From assembly GCA_964649715.1 (NCBI GenBank), contig CAZYTH010000004.1, positions 18,135 to 82,134 on the forward strand: 64,000 nucleotides of DNA. The letters run 5' to 3'. The notes under the pieces were generated by a model that saw only the letters and a program-made list of their open reading frames with translations, made no database searches and was not told the origin of the DNA. A program made the translations under genes and the position numbers. How positions within the stretch are numbered: position 1 is the stretch's first letter; the number at the start of each line of letters is the position of its first letter. Shown here piece after piece: positions 51,123 to 60,781 of this stretch. The stretch is from an uncultured Candidatus Saccharibacteria bacterium. Its GTDB lineage: Bacteria > Patescibacteriota > Minisyncoccia > Phycocordibacterales > UBA12445.

Positions 51123-52190
51123 ATGATAAATAGCGTCACAAAAGTTTTTATTTCATTTTTCCTCACATTTTCGGTGGGGATTTTGATTTCGCCAACAATC
51201 ACAAACTATCTTTATAAAAACAAAATGTGGAAAAAGAGAGTTAGAAATGAGGCACTCGGTGGCGGAGAGACACCTATATTCAATCAACTTCATAAAGAAA
51301 AAGAAATTGGCACTCCGCGCATGGGGGGGGTTGTTATATGGGCCAGTGTTTTAATCACTATTTTTATAATTTATCTGCTATCTGAAATTTTTCCTTATGT
51401 GGCGATACAAAAAATAAATTTCTTGAGCAAAAATCAAACATGGCTGACATTATTTGCTCTTGTTTCCGCTTCGTTGGTTGGTCTTATTGATGATATTCTC
51501 CAGGTTCGGGGCGGTGGAGGTTATATCGCGGGAGGACTAGCACTATCAAAAAGAATTGCGTTTGTTTTGTTTATCGGGCTTATCGGAGGGTATTGGTTCT
51601 ATTTTAAATTAGGCGTATCTTCTGTATCCATACCTTTTGCAGGAGAAACAATTTTGGGTTTTTGGTTCATTCCTTTGTTCATGTTGGTTATGTTAGCAAC
51701 TTTTTCTGGCGGTGTAATCGACGGATTAGACGGACTCGCAGGTGGAATTATGGCCGTCATTTTTTCTGCATATGGTGTAATCGCTTTTTTCCAGAACCAA
51801 ATAGATCTAGCGACGTTCTGCGGGGCTATCGTTGGAGGAATTCTTGCATTTTTATGGTTTAATATACCACCTGCAAGATTTTATATGTCAGAAACAGGAA
51901 TGTTGGGTTTAACCGTAACTCTTTCTGTGATTGCTTTTTTAACTGATTCTGTTGTTGTTCTTCCTGTAATTGCGATGCCGCTTATGGCAACAAGTGCTTC
52001 TGTTATTATTCAATATCTATCAAAAAAAATAATAGGCAAAAAAATATTTTTAGTTGCCCCTCTTCATCATCATTTTGAAGCAATTGGTTGGCCACCCTAC
52101 AAGGTAACAATGAGATACTGGATAATATCAATAGTTTTTGCTGTTATTGGAATGATAATTTCTGTTATGGGTATATCCGGTCTAAATTAA
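51123..52190 (+). CDS. mraY: phospho-N-acetylmuramoyl-pentapeptide transferase
   Basis: GTPRMGGV, DDxxQ (LIDDILQVRG) and a polytopic profile. Confidence 0.85.
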   Translation: MINSVTKVFISFFLTFSVGILISPTITNYLYKNKMWKKRVRNEALGGGETPIFNQLHKEKEIGTPRMGGVVIWASVLITIFIIYLLSEIFPYVAIQKINFLSKNQTWLTLFALVSASLVGLIDDILQVRGGGGYIAGGLALSKRIAFVLFIGLIGGYWFYFKLGVSSVSIPFAGETILGFWFIPLFMLVMLATFSGGVIDGLDGLAGGIMAVIFSAYGVIAFFQNQIDLATFCGAIVGGILAFLWFNIPPARFYMSETGMLGLTVTLSVIAFLTDSVVVLPVIAMPLMATSASVIIQYLSKKIIGKKIFLVAPLHHHFEAIGWPPYKVTMRYWIISIVFAVIGMIISVMGISGLN

Positions 52191-52204
52191 TTTTTTATCA
52201 AAAA

Positions 52205-53317
52205 GTGTCAACAAAAATAAAAACAGATAAAATATTTCTCACCATTCTTATCGTCTTATCCTTTATTGGTTTACTTGTATTTATATCTGCTTCTTTGGGT
52301 ATACTCACAGAAAGCGTGGTTAATTTTCAAAAAATAGTAGTGAAACAAATTGTTCTTGGCTTAATGCTTGGGTGGCTATTATTATTTGTGGCAATAAAAA
52401 TAAACTATAAAAAATGGGACTCTTTGTCTGTATATATATTTTTTATATCTATTATTATCTCAGCACTAGTTTTTATTCCTGGCATAGGTTTCGGTTCTGG
52501 TGGTGCAAAAAGATGGATTGATATTGGTTTTACAACCTTCCAACCATCAGAAATCATGAAATTTGGATTTGTTATTTTCTATGCTTCTTTTTTAGTAAAA
52601 TCAAAAGAAAAAATAAAAACACTCGCAAGTGGAGTTGTCCCTACTTTGATGGTACTCTTGGTCCCATCGATTATTTTACTAAAACAACCAGACATGGGAA
52701 CTCTTTTCTCGTTAGCAATAGCGTGTCTCTTTATGTTCGCAGTCGCTGGAGGCAAAAAAGGGCACATCTTACTCTTTATCACAATAGGAATTTTACTTGT
52801 TATTTTTATGGCCTACTGTAAACCATACGCAATGGCAAGATTAACAACCTTCCTCGATCCAAGCAAAGATCCCTTAGGAGCAGGCTACCAAATAAGACAA
52901 TCCCTTATTGCGATAGGCTCTGGTCAAATTATTGGGCGTGGTTTTGGACAAAGTATACAAAAATTTAATTTTCTTCCTGAGGCTACTGGCGATTCTATAT
53001 TTGCTGTTATTTCAGAAGAATTTGGTTTCATCGGGAGTGTTCTGGTTGTTATACTATTTTTAATTTTCGGACTTCGTGGTCTTACGATAGCGAGTCAAAT
53101 AAATGATCAATTTGGACAACTTGTTGTTGTTGGTTTTGTTAGTATCGTTGTTTCTCAATCTTTTGTGAATATAGGTTCTATGCTGTCCATATTACCGCTT
53201 TCGGGCGTTCCTTTAATTTTTTTAAGCCATGGGGGTACATCTTTATTAATAACTTTATTTGAAATGGGAATAATTCTTAACATTTCACAAGGGATTAAGA
53301 TAAGATCCATCAAATAA
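52205..53317 (+). CDS. ftsW: FtsW/RodA/SpoVE (SEDS) family peptidoglycan glycosyltransferase
   Basis: SEDS TM topology and conserved C-terminal motifs (FIGLLVFISASLG ... GSGGAKRWI ... PEATGDSIFAVISEEFGF). The track ORF at 52088 overlaps mraY, so the in-frame GTG at 52205 is the likelier start. Confidence 0.75.
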   Translation: MSTKIKTDKIFLTILIVLSFIGLLVFISASLGILTESVVNFQKIVVKQIVLGLMLGWLLLFVAIKINYKKWDSLSVYIFFISIIISALVFIPGIGFGSGGAKRWIDIGFTTFQPSEIMKFGFVIFYASFLVKSKEKIKTLASGVVPTLMVLLVPSIILLKQPDMGTLFSLAIACLFMFAVAGGKKGHILLFITIGILLVIFMAYCKPYAMARLTTFLDPSKDPLGAGYQIRQSLIAIGSGQIIGRGFGQSIQKFNFLPEATGDSIFAVISEEFGFIGSVLVVILFLIFGLRGLTIASQINDQFGQLVVVGFVSIVVSQSFVNIGSMLSILPLSGVPLIFLSHGGTSLLITLFEMGIILNISQGIKIRSIK

Positions 53318-53392
53318 ATAAGGGTTCTTTTTTTATAAAAAGAATGATAAACTCTAGATAATAAAATTTTTATACAATTTATTTATTGCCAA

Positions 53393-54529
53393 ATGAAAAT
53401 ACTATTTAGCGGAGGTGGTACAGGAGGGCATTTTTATCCTATTATTGCAGTAGCTGAAGCGATCAACGATATTATAAACAGAGAAAAACTTGTTGGGGTT
53501 AAAATGTATTTTATGTCAGATAAACCGTACGACGAAAGATTACTCTTTGAAAATGGAATAATATTCAAAAAAGCCACTGCCGGAAAATTAAGAAATTATT
53601 TTTCATTAAAGAATTATTTTTGGGACCCCATTAAAACTTTATTTGGGATATTTTCGGCTACCTGGAAGATATTTTGGATATATCCTGACGTAATCTTCGG
53701 AAAAGGTGGTTATGCAAGCTTTCCTGCTTTGGTGGCAGCCAAAATACTCAGAATTCCGATTTTCATACATGAATCAGATTCTTTGCCAGGCAGAGTCAAC
53801 TTAATGGTTGGAAAATGGAAGAATACTATTAGAATTGCAGTCTCTTATCCTGAAGCAATGAATTATTTTCCCTCTGAAAAAGTAGCGATAACAGGAAACC
53901 CAATAAGAAAAGATATTATAAATTTAAACAAAAAAGGATCACACGAATACTTTGGGCTAGAAGAAACAATTCCCACGATATTAGTTATTGGTGGTTCTCA
54001 GGGCGCTGTTAAAATTAATGATATAATCATAGATTCACTTCCTGATTTAATAAAAAAATATCAAATAATACATCAAACAGGAAAAGAAAATTTCAAAGAA
54101 GCTTCTTCTCGCGCAACATTTTTAATAGAAAGGGAACCGAACCTAAAAAGATACAAACCAGTTCCTTATCTAGATGAAACAGCATTAAAAATGGCCGGAG
54201 GGTGTGCGGATATCGTTATTTCTAGGGCGGGTTCAAGTATTTTTGAAATAGCAACATGGGGGTTGCCAAGCATAATAATACCAATACCTGAAGACATAAG
54301 TCGTGACCAAAGGAAAAATGCCTATTCTTATGCCAGGGTTAGCGGGGCAAGTGTTTTAGAAGAAAAAAATCTTAGTCCTATTATACTTTCTACTGAAATA
54401 GATAGAATACTTAAAAACAAAAAGACAAGCGAAGACATGAAGAATGGGGCCCTAAGATTTTCGTCAAAAGATGCTTCTCAAGTAATAGCAAGCGAAATAA
54501 TAAAAATGGGTCTAGAGCACGAAGAATAA
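53393..54529 (+). CDS. murG: UDP-GlcNAc:lipid I N-acetylglucosaminyltransferase
   Basis: N-terminal GGGTGGHFYP glycine-rich motif and a GT28 C-terminal domain. Confidence 0.85.
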   Translation: MKILFSGGGTGGHFYPIIAVAEAINDIINREKLVGVKMYFMSDKPYDERLLFENGIIFKKATAGKLRNYFSLKNYFWDPIKTLFGIFSATWKIFWIYPDVIFGKGGYASFPALVAAKILRIPIFIHESDSLPGRVNLMVGKWKNTIRIAVSYPEAMNYFPSEKVAITGNPIRKDIINLNKKGSHEYFGLEETIPTILVIGGSQGAVKINDIIIDSLPDLIKKYQIIHQTGKENFKEASSRATFLIEREPNLKRYKPVPYLDETALKMAGGCADIVISRAGSSIFEIATWGLPSIIIPIPEDISRDQRKNAYSYARVSGASVLEEKNLSPIILSTEIDRILKNKKTSEDMKNGALRFSSKDASQVIASEIIKMGLEHEE

Positions 54530-54600
54530 TCCGTTACATATTTGTCTATATTTAAATTATTTTTACCTTTAAAAATTTATTTATTATCCAATAAAATATT

Positions 54601-55917
54601 ATGGAAAATAATAAAAACAAAACTATAACTCGTTTTCCTCCTTCACCAACAGGAAATCTTCATATTGGTGGACTAAGAACAGCTCTATTTAATTATTTAT
54701 TCGCGGAGGCAAAGAACGGAGAAATGGTCTTTCGAATAGAAGACACCGATAGAGAAAGATCTAAGGAAGAATACGAGAAAAGTATCGTAGATTCACTCAA
54801 TTGGATTGGCATAAAAACCAGCAAACCAGTTAGACAATCAGAGAGAGTAGCTATCTATAAAAAATACCTAGAAAAAATGATTGAAAACGGTTTCGTGTAT
54901 GTTTCAAAAGAAGAGCCTGATGAAAAAAGTGAGAGAACAGAGGTTCTTAGGTTCAAAAACCCAAACAAAAAAATAAAATTTGAAGATATGGTGCTTGGGA
55001 CAATAGAAGTTGACACAACAGATCTTGGAGATTTTGTGGTTGCAAAAGACTTAAATACCCCCCTATATCACTTAGCTGTGGTTGTGGATGACTTTGAAAT
55101 GGGTATAACACACATTTTAAGGGGACAGGAACACATTGCGAACACCCCCAGACAAATACTCATTCAGGAGGCAATAGGGGCCCCTAGGCCGTTTTATGCG
55201 CACATACCACTAATCTTGGCCCCAGACAAAACCAAGCTGTCAAAAAGGCATGGGGCTGTATCTGTCATTCAATACAAAGAAGAAGGTTACCTCCCAGAGG
55301 CCTTAATAAATTTTCTTGTTCTTATTGGATGGAATCCTGGAAACGATAGAGAATTCTTTACTCTCGATGAGCTCAAAAAAGAATTTTCTATTGAAAAAAT
55401 ACAGAAATCAAGTGGGGTTTTTGATGTAAAAAAACTAAATTGGATGAATAAAGAATATATCAAAAAACTTCCTTTGGAAAAATTGTCGATTTATATCAAA
55501 GAACGTGTTCCCAAAAATATTCAAGAAAATAAAAAATTTGAGATAATTTTCCCAAAATTAATAAATATCATTGCCGATAGAATAGAAAAATTTAACGACG
55601 TAACAAAAATTTTTGAGTCCGGAGAATTTAATTATCTTTTTGAAAAACCGAACTATGAAAAAAGTTTACTGAAAAATACTTCTTATTTGGCTGAATTAAC
55701 AAAAATGATTGAAAACATAAAAGAAGATGAATTTATAAATGAAAAAATTAAATTATCTCTCTGGGACTTTGCAACAGAAAAGGGGAGAGGGGATGTCTTG
55801 TGGCCAATGAGAGTAGCACTATCAGGAAAAGAAAAATCCCCAGATCCATTTACCTTGGCCGAAATTTTAGGAAAAGAAGAAACAATCTCGAGAATCAGTG
55901 AGGCTCTAAAAATTTAA
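54601..55917 (+). CDS. gltX: glutamyl-tRNA synthetase
   Basis: RFPPSPTGNLHIGG (HIGH) and KLSKR (KMSKS). 438 aa. Confidence 0.9.
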   Translation: MENNKNKTITRFPPSPTGNLHIGGLRTALFNYLFAEAKNGEMVFRIEDTDRERSKEEYEKSIVDSLNWIGIKTSKPVRQSERVAIYKKYLEKMIENGFVYVSKEEPDEKSERTEVLRFKNPNKKIKFEDMVLGTIEVDTTDLGDFVVAKDLNTPLYHLAVVVDDFEMGITHILRGQEHIANTPRQILIQEAIGAPRPFYAHIPLILAPDKTKLSKRHGAVSVIQYKEEGYLPEALINFLVLIGWNPGNDREFFTLDELKKEFSIEKIQKSSGVFDVKKLNWMNKEYIKKLPLEKLSIYIKERVPKNIQENKKFEIIFPKLINIIADRIEKFNDVTKIFESGEFNYLFEKPNYEKSLLKNTSYLAELTKMIENIKEDEFINEKIKLSLWDFATEKGRGDVLWPMRVALSGKEKSPDPFTLAEILGKEETISRISEALKI

Positions 55918-55962
55918 TTTTATAGCCACAAACCAATACGCTTGTTATAATGTTATCGTAAC

Positions 55963-57318
55963 ATGAGAAATTTTTTAATTTTCTTTAATAAATCGTCGGC
56001 AAAACAAAAATTATTTTTTATTTTATTTATTTCTTCATTTTTTTTAACAATTTTTATTAATCCTGCAAATTCTTTAGCCGATGTTTCTTATTCCATTGAA
56101 GAACTCCGTTCTCAGATAAAAGAACGGGATGAGGAAATTAAAAAACTTGAAAAAGAAATCGCGGAGTTAGACGATACAATAAAAAAAACAGCAGGAAATA
56201 CAAAAACACTGCAAAACGACCTTGCAAAAATAAACAACACAATTAATCAATTAAACAAAGAAGTTCTTATCACAGAAACAAAAATAAGTGCCACAAGACT
56301 TGGAATAAACAAATTATCAAAAGAGATTGTAAATAGGGAAGTTGATATTGAAGCGGACAAAAATTCAATCGGTCAAACAATAAAGATAATAAATGAAAAA
56401 GATATGGATTCCCCAATAGAAACAGTATTATCCGGAAAAAACTTTTCTGGCGAGTGGGAATACATTGATACAATAGAACAACTTCAGGAAAAAATAAAAG
56501 ACAGAATAATCGGTCTCGAATTTAGAAAAGAACAGCTAACCAAAGACAAAAATGACATGGACAAGCAAAACAATGATCTAACTAAATTAAAAAATAAACT
56601 TGTTGATCAAAAATACATTACAAGCCAAAATAAAATTTCTAAAGACAAACTTCTTAAGGAGACCCAAAACCAGGAGGCAGTTTACAGGAAAATGTTAGCC
56701 GATAGGTTGAGCAGAAAACAAGATCTCGAAAAAGAGTTATTTGAGTATGAGTCACAATTAAAAGTAGCAATTGACCCTAATTCTTATCCAAAGCAGGGAA
56801 CAAGAATACTCAATTGGCCAATTGAGACACCATACGTAACACAACTTTTTGGAAAAACAGCAGATTCTGGTAGGCTTTATGCCTCAGGAACACATAGCGG
56901 TGTTGATTTTAGAGCAAAAATAGGCACACCAATAAAAGCATCTGCGGGGGGAATTGTGATGGGAACGGGTGACACCGACGCAACTTGTCCCAAAGCTTCA
57001 TACGGAAAGTGGGTTCTTTTGAAACACCCAAATGGCCTAGCGACATTATACTCGCACTTGAGTCTCATAAAAGTTAAAGACGATGAAAACATAATTGATG
57101 GTCAGGTTTTAGGTTACAGTGGTGATACTGGATATTCAGAGGGACCACACCTACACTTTGGAGTTTTTGTTTCCGGAGCCGTTCATGTGTCCGGACCAAA
57201 AGAATACAAGAGTAGAGTTTGTGGAACCTACATGAAATTACCACTTGCTCCAACAAATGCTTATCTAGACCCAATGTCTTACCTCCCAATGAAGGGAAGC
57301 AATATCAAACTTGACTAA
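55963..57318 (+). CDS. M23-family metallopeptidase with N-terminal coiled coil (EnvC-like)
   Basis: Signal/TM segment, long coiled coil, then an M23 domain (HSGVDF ... GYSGDTGYSEGPHLHF). Confidence 0.8.
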   Translation: MRNFLIFFNKSSAKQKLFFILFISSFFLTIFINPANSLADVSYSIEELRSQIKERDEEIKKLEKEIAELDDTIKKTAGNTKTLQNDLAKINNTINQLNKEVLITETKISATRLGINKLSKEIVNREVDIEADKNSIGQTIKIINEKDMDSPIETVLSGKNFSGEWEYIDTIEQLQEKIKDRIIGLEFRKEQLTKDKNDMDKQNNDLTKLKNKLVDQKYITSQNKISKDKLLKETQNQEAVYRKMLADRLSRKQDLEKELFEYESQLKVAIDPNSYPKQGTRILNWPIETPYVTQLFGKTADSGRLYASGTHSGVDFRAKIGTPIKASAGGIVMGTGDTDATCPKASYGKWVLLKHPNGLATLYSHLSLIKVKDDENIIDGQVLGYSGDTGYSEGPHLHFGVFVSGAVHVSGPKEYKSRVCGTYMKLPLAPTNAYLDPMSYLPMKGSNIKLD

Positions 57319-57730
57319 ACTTAAAATATGTTTTTATATTTTAAGTTTCCCTATTTTTCCATTAAGAGAAAACAGGGGAGTAAGTATTACATTGGAAACC
57401 TTGAATAATATATACAATTACCATGAACTATGTGTTTTGAATTATGGTTTTGATAAATTTAACAGATTTACTCTTTATAAAGAATATTTTTAATTTTGAA
57501 AAATTTTCAACTTTGTTAAACCGAAAATTATATTCCGCTGAAAAATATTTTTTAAATACCTCACAACAACCATTCAAAATAATTTCATAAAGCGAAAAGC
57601 TAATGGTAATAAAAATGACCTCCTAAAATGACCTACAACAAAATTATTTTTACTCATTGACCCATTATTCATTAAAAATAGAACAGGGAAGACATTTTCT
57701 TTGTTCGCATCTACGCTGTGTGCTTTTTTT

Positions 57731-57776
57731 AATATACAGTGTCGCAAAAGATATATTGTGCGACACTGTGTATATT
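57731..57776. repeat. 11-bp perfect inverted repeat (acagtgtcgca / tgcgacactgt, 12-nt spacer) in a long convergent intergenic region
   Basis: Read directly from the sequence. Could be a bidirectional terminator or an operator. Confidence 0.5.
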
Positions 57777-57874
57777 TATAATTACGTACTTCCCCATTAA
57801 AAAACTCTCCTGCGTAAAGGTGAGTAAAATATATTTATCAATAATAATATCACCAATTTTTTTAGTGATATTAT

Positions 57875-58429
57875 TTATAATTTTTCGATAACTTTATCTG
57901 TCTGTTCTTCTAAGTATAATAAGTCTCTATCATTTATTATCGAGAAATCAGCGAGCTTGCTACAAGCTATCAACCTTTGACCTTTTTCTCCTCCGTCTAA
58001 CTCCAAAGCTTCTTTAGCCTCAAAATCAGCCAGACTCTCCCCGTCTCCAGCCCTTCCCCTAGACGTAGACCTCTCATATCTAAGCTCTATCGGAGCATCA
58101 ACAAATATTAGCTTAAAGTCATAAAAATTTTTCTTAATTTCTTCTGGCTCTGCTGGATTTCTGATACTAGTTATAACTATCTTTTCAGAACCATCATCCT
58201 TTATCCTTTTTATGGCTCGGATAGCAAGCTCGTTTGCATTAAAATTCTCTCTTATCTCATTTCCCACCCTAATCATGTTGTCCCTAGAATGTTCCAACCC
58301 CCTTTTTGTAAGTTCAAAACGTATCTCATCTGAAAGAGAAAAATTTTTGAAACTATATTTTTGTACTAGGTATTCTGCGACAGTGTCCTTCCCTGAAGCG
58401 TTTGTCCCTGTTATTCCAATGACTTTCAT
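57875..58429 (-). CDS. P-loop nucleotide/nucleoside kinase (dephospho-CoA kinase / AAA_17-like)
   Basis: Walker A GITGTNASGKDT and a lid-like RGRAGD. 184 aa. Confidence 0.55.
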   Translation of the reverse strand: MKVIGITGTNASGKDTVAEYLVQKYSFKNFSLSDEIRFELTKRGLEHSRDNMIRVGNEIRENFNANELAIRAIKRIKDDGSEKIVITSIRNPAEPEEIKKNFYDFKLIFVDAPIELRYERSTSRGRAGDGESLADFEAKEALELDGGEKGQRLIACSKLADFSIINDRDLLYLEEQTDKVIEKL

Positions 58430-58695
58430 AATATTTTATTAATAATACCACTCTCAAGATGCCAGCCACCATCAGGGCATTTCTCCTCGAAAATAACAAA
58501 CACCTTATTCATTTCAAAATCATGCCCAATGGCTTCCTTTTTATTAATTCTGTGTTTACCACAAGAACAGTGTTCTATTGTATAGTCCAATTCAGAATCT
58601 ATTTCTTTATGTTTGCCACCACAGTGATGAACAACATGCTTACCCTCTTTGTGATGAATATGATGAAATAAATAAATTATACTTTGATTTTTCAT
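58426..58695 (-). CDS. hypothetical His/Cys-rich small protein (putative metal-binding)
   Basis: HHIHHKEGKHVVHHCGGKH ... HCSCGKH ... CPDGGWH. Confidence 0.4.
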   Translation of the reverse strand: MKNQSIIYLFHHIHHKEGKHVVHHCGGKHKEIDSELDYTIEHCSCGKHRINKKEAIGHDFEMNKVFVIFEEKCPDGGWHLESGIINKIL

Positions 58696-58724
58696 CTACC
58701 GATTATAACCCAAAATATAAAATA

Positions 58725-58757
58725 TTTAAAACATAAAGCCCGGAATTTTCCGGGCTC
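58725..58757 (-). terminator. rho-independent terminator (minus strand)
   Basis: agcccgg-aatttt-ccgggct followed by a T-run on the minus strand. Confidence 0.7.
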
Positions 58758-58766
58758 AGAGGGTAT

Positions 58767-59033
58767 TTATTTCTTTTTACATTTGCAATCAGGGCAATCA
58801 CCATCTTGTTTTGAACACTCAAAAAATTCAGCTTGTTCCTCGTCGCAACCACATTCAAAATTTCTGTCTTCTTGGGAATATCTTCTGATACTTAGACAAA
58901 TGCCAATTGCTACCAAGAAAACAGCTAAAATCAAAAGATAAACCAATCCAGCATCAATACCAAGCAAAAAAACAAAGGGAGAGAAAACAAAAAGTAAAAT
59001 AGCGACAAGAATAAGTGATGTGATTTCTTTCAA
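58767..59033 (-). CDS. hypothetical membrane protein with Cys-rich acidic tail
   Basis: Two TM helices, then ECGCDEEQAEFFECSKQDGDCPDCKCKKK. Confidence 0.45.
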   Translation of the reverse strand: MKEITSLILVAILLFVFSPFVFLLGIDAGLVYLLILAVFLVAIGICLSIRRYSQEDRNFECGCDEEQAEFFECSKQDGDCPDCKCKKK

Positions 59034-59097
59034 AAAATACCTCCTTAGGAACCATCCTCTTAAAACTTAACACAAAAAGTTTCTTTGGTAAACAAAA

Positions 59098-59862
59098 CTA
59101 TAAATTTAAGCCCTCCATTTCTCCTGCAGATTCTCTATAAGTGCAATAATCACAATCAGGACTTGGTTTTGGCATCTCATCACACACAAGACATTTACGC
59201 ACTCTTTCCAACGCCTTTTCCATCCACGAGTCATCTCCTTTGTGCGGAATTATTTTTATATCAAATTCGAGCTTGCCGTCAAACGCCTTTCTGTCAGTTT
59301 TCCCATTGCAATAAACAAAATATGCCGTATCTGAAACTTTAAAACCATTTTGTCTAAATAGCCACTGATACATCTCAACCTGTCTTTTATATCCTATCTG
59401 CCAATCAGCATCAAGTGTTACCTCTTCTTCTTTCGACGTGGCCTTATAGTCAACTATGTGCAACTCCCCTTTCTTATTGACCCAAACATCATCCACCCCT
59501 CCTGTTATAAGAAGATTTGTTTGCTTGTGGTGAAATTGTATTCCCCTCCTCAACGCATCCCGCCATTCATCCATTCTTTCGTCACGAAGAGGTACCACAT
59601 CTATTCCATAATGATCCATAAGGGGGTGTTTTGTTTGTTCCGCCCTATGAACATCAAATTCTTTTTTTAAAAGAGTATCTACCGCGGAATTTAAATTAAA
59701 AGGAAATCCTGGTGGTCTATCTACACCGAGTCTGCGGTCCAAATAAAAACATCTTGGACAATTTAAAAAAAGATCTATCCTTGAGCGAGATAACTTAAAA
59801 GGCTCTTTGGATTTTGGATCAAAGATGTTCTTTGTTCTTTTTCCTGAATAGTATTTGGACAT
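59098..59862 (-). CDS. Cas4-family PD-(D/E)XK nuclease (RecB-like, Fe-S Cys cluster), paralog B
   Basis: N-terminal Cas4-like CPRCFYL, motif GGVDDVW ... IVDYK, RecB-family QxxxY (QVEMYQ) and a C-terminal CxxC...CxxC. Confidence 0.7.
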   Translation of the reverse strand: MSKYYSGKRTKNIFDPKSKEPFKLSRSRIDLFLNCPRCFYLDRRLGVDRPPGFPFNLNSAVDTLLKKEFDVHRAEQTKHPLMDHYGIDVVPLRDERMDEWRDALRRGIQFHHKQTNLLITGGVDDVWVNKKGELHIVDYKATSKEEEVTLDADWQIGYKRQVEMYQWLFRQNGFKVSDTAYFVYCNGKTDRKAFDGKLEFDIKIIPHKGDDSWMEKALERVRKCLVCDEMPKPSPDCDYCTYRESAGEMEGLNL

Positions 59863-59924
59863 AAAGAAGATTTAAGATTTGTAATCAAAAACAATAGTAG
59901 AAGTATAACAATTTTAAGCCAAAT

Positions 59925-59950
59925 AAAAAAGCGGGTCTTTTGCCCGCTTT
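59925..59950 (-). terminator. rho-independent terminator (minus strand) between the two nuclease paralogs
   Basis: aagcggg-tctttt-cccgctt with a T-run on the minus strand. Confidence 0.7.
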
Positions 59951-59961
59951 AAAGATAAATA

Positions 59962-60717
59962 TTATTTTATTTCTTTCCTTACCTCGTCCCAATAGAGACA
60001 AAGATCGCAATTTTGACCCCTTGGTGGTATTTTTGAAGCGTTCAGACAGGAGTGCGCATTAATTATTGAACGCTCAACCCAAAAATCGTCTCCCTCATAT
60101 GGAACAATTTTCATCTCAAATTCCAACTTGCCATCAAAAGCATCTTTATCTTTCTTGCACACACAAAGCAAAAAATATCCGACATCTTTTACTGTGAAGC
60201 CGTTTTTTCTGAAGAGCCATTGATATACCTCTATCTGACGTTCACACATTCTTTTCCACCCAGGATCAAATGCTCCCATGTCTGAATTAGGTACAGCTTT
60301 ATAGTCAACAATGATAATATCGCCGTCTCCTGAAATCCAAACATCATCAACTCCGCCGGTGATAATGAGATTAGTTTTTTTGTGCAAAAACTGTATCCCT
60401 TGTCTCAAGGAATCACGCCATTGATTGAGATCAGGGTGGGAAAATGGAATAGCGTCTAAGCCGAATTCTTCCATTATTGGATGTTTTTTGCCGATTGTTC
60501 GATAAGAATCAAATTCTTTTTTGAGAAGTGCGTCTATCATAATGTTTAAAGTCATTGGGAAAATCGGTGGCCTATCTATCCCAAGCCTTCTGTCAAGATA
60601 AAAGCACCTTGGACAATTCATAAACATCTCAAGCCTATATCTGCTTAATTTATATGGTATTTTCGAACCTGGATTATAAATATTTCTAACTCTTCTTGGT
60701 CTGTAATATTTAGACAA
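59962..60717 (-). CDS. Cas4-family PD-(D/E)XK nuclease (RecB-like, Fe-S Cys cluster), paralog A
   Basis: Same motif set as paralog B (CPRCFYL, GGVDDVW ... IVDYK, QIEVYQ, C-terminal C...CxxC). About 55-60% identical to paralog B. Confidence 0.7.
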   Translation of the reverse strand: MSKYYRPRRVRNIYNPGSKIPYKLSRYRLEMFMNCPRCFYLDRRLGIDRPPIFPMTLNIMIDALLKKEFDSYRTIGKKHPIMEEFGLDAIPFSHPDLNQWRDSLRQGIQFLHKKTNLIITGGVDDVWISGDGDIIIVDYKAVPNSDMGAFDPGWKRMCERQIEVYQWLFRKNGFTVKDVGYFLLCVCKKDKDAFDGKLEFEMKIVPYEGDDFWVERSIINAHSCLNASKIPPRGQNCDLCLYWDEVRKEIK

Positions 60718-60781
60718 AAACCCTCCTTAATTATCAAAGATCGAATCTCTAAATTTTATTATAACAGAATCTCAAAAAATT

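Noticed and set aside
57311-57493. 60-aa ORF after the M23 peptidase
   Set aside because: No RBS, low-complexity AT-rich sequence, and it overlaps the peptidase stop. Probably non-coding.
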